Notes under the pieces: model-generated
Databases searched by the model: none
What the model was told of the DNA's origin: nothing
What the model saw: only the letters and a program-made list of their open reading frames with translations
In this document: positions 1 through 11,677 of the stretch, piece by piece
Layout: every line of letters begins with the position of its first letter
Position numbering within the stretch: position 1 is the stretch's first letter
Made by a program: the position numbers and the translations under genes
DNA from: Haliotis rubra
Lineage: Eukaryota
Assembly: GCF_003918875.1 (NCBI RefSeq)
Contig: NW_025765431.1
Span: 62,001-126,000, forward strand
DNA: 64,000 bases
Reading direction: 5' to 3'

Positions 1-93
1 GGGTTTGCGGCTAAATTTGACCACTTTCTATTGTCAGGACAATCATTGTGTATTCATAACACATTTATCATCCAAGTGGGTTATATGCCTGCA

Positions 94-445
94 GAGGTGA
101 GGTGAGGTGAAATTGGGTTTTACGTCGTGCTTGAGAATATTTCGCTCATATGACGACGTGCATGCGTGTGTATGTGCGGCTGCTTGTACTAGCCCAGACT
201 TAAGCTGGTTTTATAGTGCTAGCCCACTGAGATACCATGCCGCAGTGAAGCATGAATACCCCACTCAGACACATTATACTGACACCGAGCCGACCAGTCC
301 TTGTTGTACCCATTAATGCCGAGCGCCAGGCAGGGACCAACAAGTACCATATTTTAACGTCTTTAGGGATGACGTGGTCGGGGATCGAACCCGCTACCTT
401 CCGCTCTCCGGGTGGACGCTCTAACCACTACACCACGGAGGCGGT
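94..445 (-). mobile_element. tRNA-headed SINE with a Meta-domain-like body (type 3); other copies at 37389-37741, 49561-49920, 51091-51377 (truncated) and 60824-61178
   Basis: A box GTAGTGGTTAG, B box GGTTCGATCCC, body AAGACGTTAAAATATGGTACTTG...CCTGGCGCTCGGCATTAA, stem-loop tail and (CACCT)n end. MetaSINE assignment is from recalled consensus. Confidence 0.85.
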
Positions 446-597
446 TTATATGCCTTCAGACCCCACACATAGCTACGCATACCAGTTGTAAACAATACTC
501 TCTGAATATACCTCGCATTACTTCGTGACATGGAAACAGACTCTTATAACACCTGACACTACAGACATGGAGATGACCCGGTTGCTGTACAGCCTAC

Positions 598-735
598 CTG
601 TTCTGATAGTGCCCGAGTAAGTCACACAAAACTGGGCTCCTTGATATAGTCCCATGCAGTCTGTCGGCTCGACTCTCCCGTTCGCACAGGGTCGGGTGTG
701 GATTGATGTGCACTGGGCACACTTTAGGCTCAGCA
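598..735 (-). CDS. Three-finger (Ly6/uPAR, quiver-like) protein gene 1, exon 2; later exon(s) lie left of the window
   Basis: Acceptor ttttcag|TG, donor ACAG|gtaggc. Encodes (V)LSLKCAQCTSIHTRPCANGRVEPTDCMGLYQGAQFCVTYSGTIRT with Ly6-type CxxC and 5 Cys. 138 bp, phase 1/1, the same as paralog exon 13967-14104. Confidence 0.8.
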
Positions 736-2112
736 CTGAAAACTCAACAGAAACAAATACATCATATCTACGTGCAGTCCTCAGTAAACGCGTTGGTGCT
801 TCAATAACACGTATCCATATTATTCTGCGTCGCCCAGAAGGCGGTGTCAAACTATACTCACGCTCTACAGCTTACATGCAATCCAGGCTTCAGAAATTAA
901 AGCGGTTAAAGCGTTCGCTCGTCAAGCCGAAGACCCGGGTTCGATTCCCCACATGGGTGCAATGTGTGAAGCCCATTTCTGGTGTCCCCCGCCGTGATGT
1001 TGCTGGAATATTGCTAAAAGCGGCGAAAAACTAAACTTACTAACTTAGAAATAACTTTTCAGGCAAAGCCAGTGGTAATTGTAACATTCAAAGAAATCAG
1101 ATGATTATGTTACAGTGTTGGTCCGAGGTTGGTTCGGACCATATCCTAGGTTTGGTTTAGTTTGTTGTTTTACGCCGCACTCAGCAATATTCCAGCTATA
1201 TGGCGGTGGTCTGTAAATAATCGAGTGTGGACCAGACAATCCAGTGATCAACAGCATGAGCATCGATCTGCGCAATTGGGAACCGATGACATGTGTCAAC
1301 CAAGCCAACAAGCCTGACCACCCGATCCCGTTAGTCGCCTCTTACGACAAGCATGGGTTACTGAAGGCCAATATTCTAACTCGGACCTTCACGTGTCTTC
1401 ACACCATGAAACATGTGGGCATATATGTAGTACTTCAATTCGAATTCAGCGTCGTCGTGAATGACAACCTAGCACAACAAGAACGTCAGACTGGTAACGA
1501 GTACCTATCTCACTGTATCAGTAGACATACCATAAGTCCCAGTACAAACGTTCGAATTTCAAGAAACGAACAACGATTGTCAGCTTTTAAAACTCACTCA
1601 CTTACTGAGAAAAACACAAAGGTACCATACCACATCCTTATACGATACACCAGTTCCGTATTCACTCTCGTTGGTTCGAACTGAGTAAATCACGTTAATT
1701 TGGACCCCATCAACGAGGTATTTTAGGGCCGCTTCTTAGAGCAAACAGATTTGTACTTTGCACAGCCACTTGCTCAAAAAGCAGTGACTCTCCAACTGAT
1801 CCCAGATGACATTTGTGTGTATCCGTAACTGAACTGAAATGCTAGTTTCACTAGTTCGCAACGCAATACTGTGGAGGAAGCGATCCTTTCTTTCAGAGTA
1901 CACATTGATGCATACTATGCAATAATACAATACAGCTCTATTTCTGTAACTACATGGGTTCGGTCGATATCCGGTTTACAGTGAAAGTATGCAGTATCTC
2001 TACTCCACTGAAGCCCGAGGTATTCAGACTGCTTGCAGTCTGGGCTGACATAACAATTTACCAGGTTTGACGGAGAGAGCCGAACGGAGGTCGCGTTGTT
2101 CTTGCAGAAATG

Positions 2113-2280
2113 GGGGCGGTGGGGTAGCCTAGTGGTTAAAGCGTTGGCTCGTCACGCCGAAGACCAGGGTTCGAATCCCCACATGGGTACAATGTGTGAA
2201 GCCCATTTCTGGTGTCCCCCGCCGTGATGTTGCTGGAATATTGCTAAAAGCGGCGTAAAACCAAAAGTCAGTCAGTCAGT
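2113..2280 (+). mobile_element. Short tRNA-derived SINE (type 1, ~170 bp); about 18 more copies, e.g. 4660-4827, 12084-12256, 23119-23282, 29077-29250, 34067-34230, 34703-34863, 35790-35954, 36354-36523, 45309-45474
   Basis: A and B boxes (TAGCCTAGTGG, GGTTCGAATCC), stem-loop tail, tetranucleotide end, 13-bp TSD TCTTGCAGAAATG. Confidence 0.92.
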
Positions 2281-3289
2281 CTTGCAGAAATGTGTAGGCA
2301 CCGGAAAGGGCCGAAACAACTATGAACATATACAAGATGTTCGTACAGCATGATAATTGGCGTCGTAACTTATGAATGTTGAATGTGTACATTAACATAA
2401 AACCAAATTATACACTGCATATTTCCCTTATGAGTGATTACACTATAGCTTTGAAACTGCAAGACTTCCAGGAAAAAACCCTTAAGAGGCCATCATGTAA
2501 TTTATGGTCACTGGCCCTAACTATTACAAAACAGCCAAGTCCCCTGTGCATCGACTCGTTCGGGTCGAGAACGTCAGTTAGTCATTGGTAATAGATATGA
2601 CAGTGACGGGTTTGACCTGTGATACGGGAACACCACGGCAGGTCCTGGTGACTCACGGACTGGTGCGACCTGCTCTACCTCTTTGTAGGTCACATCTCAT
2701 TACCAAGCAGTAGTCATGGATGCATGGTGGTCGGACAGACACTAGTCCCAGAAATATGTACAGGTGTCTCATTTAAATACATATATCTAAAACATACAAA
2801 ATATAATCAAAACGGAGCCCAGATCAATGGGGAATTTCAAACATGACCGATCATTCGGATGAGGAAATCTAGACTTGCCAAAACATTCTGAACTCCTTTA
2901 GCAATTAATCTCAACGTGACAGACTCGGTGGTCAGAATGTCCGAGAATGTATAGCACGCCGTTTTCACATTTATTAAGAAATTATCGACATTATTAATTG
3001 TTTTATAGATACCATCTTGAATTTGAATATAATGAGTGAGTCAGTGAGTGAGTTTACTATTACGCCACACTCAGCAATATTCCAGGTGGATGGCGGCGGT
3101 CTGTTAATAATCGAGTCTGGACCAGATAATCCAGTGATCAACAGTATGAGCATCGATCTACGCAACTGGGATACCATGGCATGTGTCAACCAAGTCGTCG
3201 TGTCTGACCACCCTATCCCGTTAGTCGCCTCTTTCGACAAGCATGGGTTACTGAAGGTCATTTCTAACCAGGACCTTTACGGTATCGGA

Positions 3290-4240
3290 AAACAATTGAA
3301 GATATCTTTGATTGATTTCTGATATCCAAAATAGAATCACTGATATCATAAAATGCTACTGTGATATCAAGAAAATATTCCGTGTGTTAAAGATATCAGT
3401 AAGACAATGACCATCAAAATGTACATAATTCTATCAGAATTCAATTCAGCATATCTTAAATTCAACTCAAGGTATACTGAAACAGTATATACTTATCCAC
3501 AGACGCATTATAGATATATTTAATACAATAAGAGATATCTTCTATACAATTAGAGCTATCCTTAACCCTGAGATATCTTCAATTCTTGCCATTACTGATG
3601 CCAATAATGAAAATAGATAGATGAAGAAAGATATCAATATATCAGTAATTGATATCTGTAATAAAGACGACAGGAAAGAACAGCAAAAATTAGCTCTATT
3701 CGAGATATCATTAATTCATTTCAAGATATCTTCAATTCATTTAAGGGATTTTAAAAAAGGTTAAACAAAACGCTTTTTTATTACATGTCATTCAAACATG
3801 AATATATATCACATCTGCACCATTCATTTATGGAAAAAAAACGTAAACATTATAAATATGCACCAAAACTATAACCACTTTAGCCCCGCCCACACGTATG
3901 CTTGTTTTTATTTTAGCAGTCGGCCGAATATGGTTGTGACGTCATACCAGAGAGTCCGTATCTTGTGTTGACCTTTTTCTGTAGCGTATACGCCATCATG
4001 TTGAAAGTGACAATTAATTAAAGATATCTGTATTTAATTGCAAGATATCAGCAACTGAATTTCATACACTAACAACATCATTTGTATAGTTAATCACATT
4101 ATGACATTCATTTCGCGATATCACGAATTTTATTACAGATATCACATATCTATATTTATCTCTATTAGAGATATTTTTAAAATTCATTTTATGATATCTT
4201 CAATTCAAGATATCTCAATTTTCATTCAAGATATCTAAAA
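3290..4240. repeat. Degenerate GATATC-rich repeat blocks (3290-3750 and 4010-4240), probably an old non-autonomous DNA element
   Basis: Many AGATATC(T) motifs in roughly periodic AT-rich context. Confidence 0.55.
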
Positions 4241-5567
4241 CAACACTATTCTCCCTTCCTATCCTTTTCCTGTCATATAGACTATGTTGTTTATACCGTA
4301 TATAATTCACAGGCTAAGTGTTAGTGTAGGTTTAAGCATGCAGTATTAGGATGCTAGAAGTAGCACTACGGTATGACCGTCGAATCAATTTATCATAATA
4401 TGGAGATTAGTTTGTCGCATACACGTGCGCTAACAAAATCCATAACAGGTACAGTTTGTATTGTGTATACGGATTGATTACCAATCTCGTGTGTATCTCG
4501 GGTTTGACGTTCACGAATAATGAAATATGAATTAAGGAAATCGTTGAATAACCATATGTATTCTGCAACATGTGGTTCGTGAGCTTGAGTAGACTATTAT
4601 ACAATGTTACAGCAATTGAGTCTGAGGTGACGCAGTTCCGGAACGGTTTTGTTGATAATGAATGAGTGAATGAGTATGGTTTTACGCCGCTTTTAGCAGT
4701 ATTCAAGCAATATCACGGCGGGGACACCAGAAATGGGCTTCACACATTGTACTCATGTGGGGAATCGAACCCTGGTCTTCGGCGTGACGAGCGAACGCTG
4801 CAACCACTAGGCTACCCCATCGCCCCCATTTCAGTAATAGATGTCCTGAACCGAGGGTGGGGGCTCCATCTAGACCTGATCAGAGACCGATATTCGGAAA
4901 GGATTTTCAGCAAAACAAAAATGACAACTCAAAAATGAAGATCCAAGTAAAGAATTGGTCTTCAACAACTCATGCGTGTCATAAGATACGACTAACGGGA
5001 TCTGGTGGTCAGGCTCGCTGACGTGATTGACACATGCCATCGCATCCCGACTGCGTAGATCGATGCTCGTGATGTCAATCATTGGATGGTTTGGTCCAGA
5101 CACCATTATTTACAGACAGTCGTCATATAGCAGGAAAATGGTTGGGTGCGGCGTTAAACAACAAACAAACAAACAAACAAAAGTATAACATCCAAAAATG
5201 GAATCAAATGATTTCTTCATTCATGCTAACATGGTTAACACAGCAGATGATAATACCTTGTAGAGGAAACATGCACCTCACTGATAACAGGACCAAAAGG
5301 AGGAAGAGGGTTTCATGCTTTAGTTAGGTTAAAGTATTGCATTTATGCAATGTTAACACGCCTGGCTAAAATACTTCTGAATTTAAAAAAAAATAGGAAC
5401 AAATAATATTTCCCCAATTTTTCTGCAACAATTTTAAATAGTTAATTCTGAACCATCGAACTCAAGGTGAATCCCCACTGGAAACAGTCAAATCTTGAAA
5501 GGTCGTGCTGCTTATCACTGAAACATCGCTGTATTGTAAGGCTATATATTTAACGCAACCACACTAA

Positions 5568-5809
5568 GGCCACATAAAAAAATAGCTTGTTTCTCATCAC
5601 TTATTTAAAAAAAAATGGGTAGTAGGGAGGATTTTATTTTTTAATAGTTTGGCTGATTTTCTGTACAATGTTAGCGAAAACTTGGAATGCCGGAAGCTGA
5701 GACGGATTTCAGGAGTCTGTCGGCTTTATACACGCAAATCTACCAGTGCAAAAAAATAAAAATTAGGGTGGGGCGATAACGAGAAACAAGAAAGTATTTT
5801 CATGTGGCC
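5568..5809. mobile_element. Harbinger/Tourist-like MITE
   Basis: TIR GGCCACAT...CTTGTTTCTC / GAGAAACAAG...ATGTGGCC with TAA on both sides. Confidence 0.75.
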
Positions 5810-5827
5810 TAACACCACACCCATCCT

Positions 5828-6295
5828 GGGTATACATTCGTAACTACTCGTGTCATTCCGGCAAGCCGAATGGCGTCTCGTACACCTCTCGTGGCCATGT
5901 TTACGACTGGGCCCTGTCTAAGCGCAAACGGGCATGGAGATGAAAATAGTCTAGTACTATTACCAAGGAAAGATAACTCTGAATTTCCAAACATGGCACC
6001 TAGAATATCCAATATCCTGTGGGTGGGCAGCAATACAGTCATTTCCTTTGAAAATATGTTTCAGTGTTTAAAGTTTCTGATCCTATAGCTCAAAGTTTAT
6101 GTTTAAATTGTGCTTTGCATAGTTTTAGCGAAGTTTCAAACTTCAACGGTGCCGCAATTTTCATGCTTCGAAATGCGTTTTACTAGATTTGATTGGTTTG
6201 CCACGATTATAATCGCAATAATGGCGTACGATAGGGGTACGAGTCTTCTTGTAGGTCACGGAAAGGGGCGAGTAGTTACGAATGCCTGGGTATAA
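5828..6295. mobile_element. Probable non-autonomous DNA transposon
   Basis: 16-bp inverted repeat CATTCGTAACTACTCG (5836-5851) / CGAGTAGTTACGAATG (6269-6284); exact ends unclear. Confidence 0.5.
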
Positions 6296-6919
6296 TGTCC
6301 ATTGGCAGTGTCCGCACATACAGAATCATGTCATGACTGTTCTCCCATACATCGTCCGTCACCAGTTCATGAACTCTGTGACGTCACTACACTATTTGCA
6401 GGGCCGAATTATAATTACAGGAAATCACCCACGACCAAAGAAAAACACTTCCCGCAATAACAGGTTTCAGCCCCTCGACTGAATGTGTAATGGGTCCCTG
6501 CGATAATATTGACAGTGCTGCGTCTATTCAGATAGAATATCAGTAGTGTATGCCGAATGTTTAGCAGCAATAAGTCAGATGGTCCTAATGTATCGGCGAT
6601 AATGTCTCCAGTTGTCATTACTGAGTAATTAGATGGTTCCATTGTATAAATCATAAGAAAATCATGAGGAAACGAAACAATGTAGTGTCACCAGAATATG
6701 TCAGTTTAAAGTCCCGTTAATTGGTAATGCCGGTGCGCACAAAATGATTTAAAAGTACTTTAAATCCAAATATTGTGTTCTGTTATTCCGGAGTGTTTCT
6801 GTAAAACGCTGTTCTTGTCTGTTACTGTTAATCAGTGTCTTGTCTATATGACGTTGTCTGTACCATCTTACATATCGGGTGTGAATATATAGTGGAGATA
6901 ATGTTGAGATATTGTGTAG

Positions 6920-7302
6920 AATGTAATGTTATAGAGATGTGTGAAGACAACGTTGTAGGGATATGAGAACACAACGTTATAGTGATATGCGAACACAACG
7001 TTATAGATATGTGAACACAATATTATAGAGATATGTGAACACAACGTAAAAGAGATATGTGAACACAACGATGTAAAGATATGTGAACACTACGTTATAG
7101 TGATGTGTAAACACTACGTTATAGAGATATGTGAACACAACGTTGTAAAGATATGTGAACACTACGTTATAGTGATATGTGAACACAACGTTATAGAGAA
7201 ATGTGAACACAACGTTGTAGAGATATGTGAACACAGCGTTATAGAAATATGTAGACCCAACGTTACAGAGATATGTGAACACAACGTTGTAGAGATATGT
7301 GT
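6920..7302 (+). repeat. 24-bp minisatellite, ~15-16 copies (GTTATAGAGATATGTGAACACAAC)
   Basis: Direct tandem periodicity; explains the 8-aa repeating spurious ORFs. Confidence 0.92.
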
Positions 7303-7583
7303 AAAGTATCATACAATAATACAATCGTTCGATCGTTTCTTCGTCGAGCACAAAACGAGAAGTAAGTTTACCACCAGGGTTCAACATGCCATACAATGCA
7401 TGCATTTTCATTAATGTCACTCAATGGCTGTTAGCGGTGGTTGCATACACCGAAGACGAACACTCTACAACGCAAACGAAAGAATGCGATGCAGTTATTC
7501 GCTGTGATAGATATTTTACAGAACTGGCATGTTGTCAATTACACTACATTTTGGGCTGGACGATAACACAGTTGCTTACTCAC

Positions 7584-7644
7584 CTGATGCAATCCGAGCA
7601 CAGACAGCCACGATCAATACAGCAACACGTGGGAGAGCCGACAT
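7584..7644 (-). CDS. Three-finger protein gene 1, exon 1 (signal peptide MSALPRVAVLIVAVCARIAS)
   Basis: ATG at 7644, hydrophobic leader, phase-1 donor CAG|gtgagt that joins in frame to exon 598-735 (...IASVLS-LKC). Confidence 0.7.
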
Positions 7645-9423
7645 GACTTCTTGCAGCCAGGGCTGTGGATCCCGTGATCTCGCCGCAGCACGTGCATCAG
7701 CACGCGATGTAAGTTGCACGTGCGTAACTGTAAACAATCCTTTGAAGTGCGAGATCTGACTACATGCCAGCGGTATATACCGGTACAGCAGGTTTGACTG
7801 ATCGGACGCGGTGCTGTCACGAGAGAAGCGTGGAAGTCGGGCGACTAATGCATGCACGCCGAGTGTTGTGCGAATGGGACGGTGGAAACAGCAAGCTTAT
7901 TAAAGGCGTATTTCCCACAATGAGGATAGAGTTCACAAAGTACAGGGTTAAACATACCTACTTGAATGAAATTTTTCTTGATTCTCGTTGTGGACTTGTT
8001 GTAATTTCTTTGCTTGCTTATTCTTAAAAAACTACATGAACTAATAGCCTCACTGCATTGCAGCACGTGATCTCTTTTAGCCACGCCCACTCAGCCATTG
8101 TGGCCACGGCTCATTTGCGCGAGTCTCGCATCAATGAATACTACGGTGTTCGCAAAAAGAGGTAAGTCTGGTGCAAAACCGAAATTTGACTGAAAATACT
8201 GAATCATAAATGATAGGTATCGTGAACATTTTTGTAGAAGACTGGGCACACTCATTCACAATTTCATAAAAACACGACGTGTATTTGCGTGTGGGGTTAA
8301 TAAAGATTATATAAATTACCAAATTCGTAATTTCGAGTTAGGGTTAGGTAATTAAACATACATTGGGTTTTTTTGGGGTAAAATGGACCGAACTTTGGTT
8401 TAGTCATTCTACTTTTACCTTGTAAAATGACGTTGCATAAAATTACCCGTCACGTGGTGAATAATAAATGGTCTTCAAGAACTTGGGACAGTGACGTCGA
8501 AAGTGACGGCGACGTGCAGAGGACCGGTTTTCAATGAAGATGTATTATATATCAGCAGGAAGCACAAATAACTCCCCGAAGTCCTTGTCCACAAAGTCAC
8601 TGTAATGCGTATCTTTATGTTACACCGAATTCTAGATACAACTTACCTAATTAATGCAAACACGAATTCGTGAGTCAGAATTTAATAGAAGTAAAATAAA
8701 TTGCATTTTTAATAGTCCTTATTGTAAAATATGCTGTATGGAGAGAGTGTGTGCCTTTAATTAGGTCCCTCGTAGTTTCCACACTGCCTCAATCTGAAAG
8801 GTTATCAAGGAGGAAGTAACCAATTTGTCCAAATTACTCAAAAGCGAATAACGAGCAAGCCCTTTCAGTCGGTGCGGATAGGTCTTTCAGGGGAGATAAT
8901 TCTTCCTAACTTATTGATGGTTTACCGGTTGGTTGAGGTACGAGAAAATGCATTTAAATTTTCCTTTCAAACGCTCCAACTTGGAAACATATGTCTGAAA
9001 TATATGTTTAATGGATTGATGTTATTGTCAGTGCATCCAGCGTGTCTAAGTGACATCTACGACAGCAACTCTGCACAGCGAATAGTGGCGCCTTGGAAGA
9101 CAGGGCAGCCGTTTAACCCGCTAAAACATTTCTGTATGCTGAAATTTATCATAATAAGTAATAATGCCTAAGATCACGAAGAGCCCCTAGGGTAGCCTTG
9201 GGGTTAAAGCGTTCGCTCGTCACGCCGAATACCCGGGTTCGATTCCCCACATGGGTACGGCATTGTCCGCCTTGATATTGCTCTAGAATATTGCTAAGAG
9301 CGGCCTAAAACAATACTCACACACTCATTCATAGTATATAATGTTTTCGCTAACGACGTGTAAACCAGGCTGACGGCAATAGACTGATAAGAGTGACTGT
9401 CACGCGTATGACTTTTCCCCTCG

Positions 9424-9832
9424 ATAATAATAATAATAATAGTCCATTAATATTGCGCGTTTATCCATGCACATTGCATGCTCAAAGCGCTGACATATTA
9501 CCCCTGGTCAACGAGTACAGAACACTCCATGTGGAGAATACAACCGGTTGCCTGTCAGGCGCTCAAGGTTCAAATTCCGACTACCATCGCAACATACCAG
9601 GTACCCAATTTTACAGCTGGGTGGACAGAAGCAAATTTCAACAAACTCACTTGCCTAAGGTGAGACCACATGCGTCATATGTGCTTCGTTGTGGGGCAGG
9701 ACTGAAGTCCTTGAAACTTTCAGGAGTCAAGCTGCCAAACACGGTCACCCATTTGAGGACTGTCCGCGACCAACGTTGCTTAACAATTTGTGACCTGAGC
9801 TCTACGCACAGGACCACACACCGCCACGGTGT
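9424..9832 (-). mobile_element. SINE with a 5S rRNA-derived head segment and CORE-like body (type 4); copies at ~21070-21445 (+), ~37850-38035 (-) and ~51488-51672 (-)
   Basis: GTTAAGCAACGTTGGTCGCGGACAGTCCTCAAATGGGTGACCG resembles the 5S internal control region; CACCCAGCTGTAAAATTGGGTACC is CORE-like; tail AGCGCTTTGAGCATG...(TAT)n. Confidence 0.72.
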
Positions 9833-10018
9833 GTAACTGTGAAAGGGAGGTAACTTTTGAACGTCTATTTGTCAATGTTATCTCGTCGACTGTCCGCACG
9901 TTTTATGATAATGTTAAGCAAGATTCGTTATTGTTGACTCAATAAGTTGTGTGTTTCATGATGAAGAGTAACCACAGTCGAGTAGAGTAAACGTGCGATC
10001 CTGAATCCATACTGCTAG

Positions 10019-10166
10019 CATTGGCGGAGGGTGGGGAAGGATGTTTCAGGGGTTTCGACACCCCACCACCCCTTTGAAAATGAATAAAGACCACTTTGCA
10101 GTTAATGTTTTGCACTGGCGGACACCCCCACCCCCCCCCCCCTGAAAATTCCTGGATCCGGCTATG
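10019..10166. mobile_element. Degenerate G/C-tract MITE (possibly hAT-like)
   Basis: Ends CATTGGCGGA / TCCGGCTATG with GCTAG on both flanks; related decayed copies near 50905 and 62565. Confidence 0.5.
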
Positions 10167-10838
10167 GCTAGTCTGGAATTAAACAACGAATTACGATGTG
10201 ATGGTAGGAATGGGATTTTATGTCACGTTTAACAATATTGTCTCCAAACCACGATTGGTGGAAAACTGGCCACTTTCTAAATGGCACTGTGTAGTCATCC
10301 CCTTGGAAGTATCAGTCCAGCACTTGCGGCCCTTTACTGGTTATATCGTTAACAAAGCATTCTGTCTGTGACTCGTTTCCATGTGTGCACGACTCTCCTT
10401 GGCTGTGAAATGCTGACTATGAGGTCCCCTGATAAAAAGTCAAATAAATGGCCTCCTGTCGTTCAACTTAGCAACAGAAAAGTGGAACAATGTTACAGAC
10501 TAACTGAAATCGGTACACATTCTCCTTTCAAAGCACAACCTGATATATTCTTCAATCAGACTTATAACTAACATTGTATGTGCAGGGGCATGCTACCGAC
10601 TTGGAGTTCGGCGCCTTTACATTCATATACGGACATCTATAATGACGTATGACGCAATACAGTTAATGGTGTGACGCGCGTCAGCGCCCAAAAAGGAATG
10701 ACAAACAGTCTTGGAGTAATCATGAAAAGGTTTGAACATTACTGCGAATCAAGAAAACAATATTCATGCCACTGATTTATTTGTGCGAATACCGTACATG
10801 CCCTTGCTTTGATAATGTCTAATGTGTATTTGACACGT

Positions 10839-11014
10839 TTAAACTACAGTCTCCGATATTGGCCGATTGTAAGAATGCGTCCCTTGCAACGGGTAGCCAT
10901 TGCAGCCATCTTGATCACATGACCGGAAGCAGGAGATGGTGTCATGGTTATCTACGACCTTTGTGGTACACCTGTTGATCTCAGCAACTCCACAGTCACG
11001 GACTACCAGATGAT
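10839..11014 (-). CDS. Three-finger protein gene 2, exon 3 (last coding exon)
   Basis: Acceptor atttcag|AT. Encodes DHLVVRDCGVAEINRCTTKVVDNHDTISCFRSCDQDGCNGYP...ETVV*, containing the terminal CxxDxCN motif of Ly6/uPAR domains. Confidence 0.85.
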
Positions 11015-11677
11015 CTGAAATAAGATTTACGTTTACCAGGAATAGGTAACAAAATGCCAAACCTCTAGAACCAGCCAAGAAGCAAGAGTATTGTCCATGT
11101 GCTTTAAAGAATTGCCGATAACCTAGAAGAGTTTGTTATGTTTTGTTTATCCGAAATGAGTGCTGTATATAGCTAGTGACTTTCATTGTCATTACATCAA
11201 CAAGGATATTGTGTGTGGTAGGCAGAAATATTAAATTTATAACAGTGTTTGTTCTGATTAAAGCATGGCACCTTCAATCGTTTATCCTTAAATCAAGCCA
11301 CATGTTTATCAAACCTTGCGAATGTTTGCTGAGGAATTTGTTTCGTCTGCCAAACTAGAAGTAACATTAAACTCAATTAGGTGCATCGTTCGGTTTCTCA
11401 AGACCAAACAAATTGCTTATTCTTTACCAAAATTAGTCATGTCAACGTAAAACGTACATTTATAACTTATAAGTATAAAGTACAAGTATAAGTTAACGTA
11501 TATACTACTGCAAACGTTTTGTTCTTATAAGATCCTGGAAGTGGCCGGTTCACAAAGCACATTATAACATTTAAACAGTTAATATATTTACTGACTTTAC
11601 ATAGAATTTTCTGTTGTTCCATTTTTTCTCTCATTATCTGATTATGGCAATAAGCCCTGGTCGAGCGATTTTGTTAA

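Noticed and set aside
107-491. Recurrent short ORFs (MKLGFTSCL..., MNTPLRH..., MINSMSIDLRNW...)
   Set aside because: They are translations of SINE copies, with frames broken between copies.
1590-1640. Alternative signal-peptide exon (MWYGTFVFFSV) for three-finger gene 1
   Set aside because: Too short for a leader; the exon at 7584-7644 fits better. Not fully excluded.
2113-2190. tRNA genes
   Set aside because: The A/B boxes are SINE heads that continue into body, tail and TSDs; no clean cloverleaf or terminator.
2520-2760. Cys-containing minus-strand stretch resembling another Ly6 exon
   Set aside because: Stops in frame, no convincing splice sites or Cys spacing.
7001-7420. Repetitive proteins (YNVVFTYL)n and (EICEHNVV)n
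   Set aside because: By-product of a 24-bp minisatellite in an intron.
9742-9784. 5S rRNA gene
   Set aside because: Only a diverged ~45-nt internal part, embedded in a dispersed repeat.
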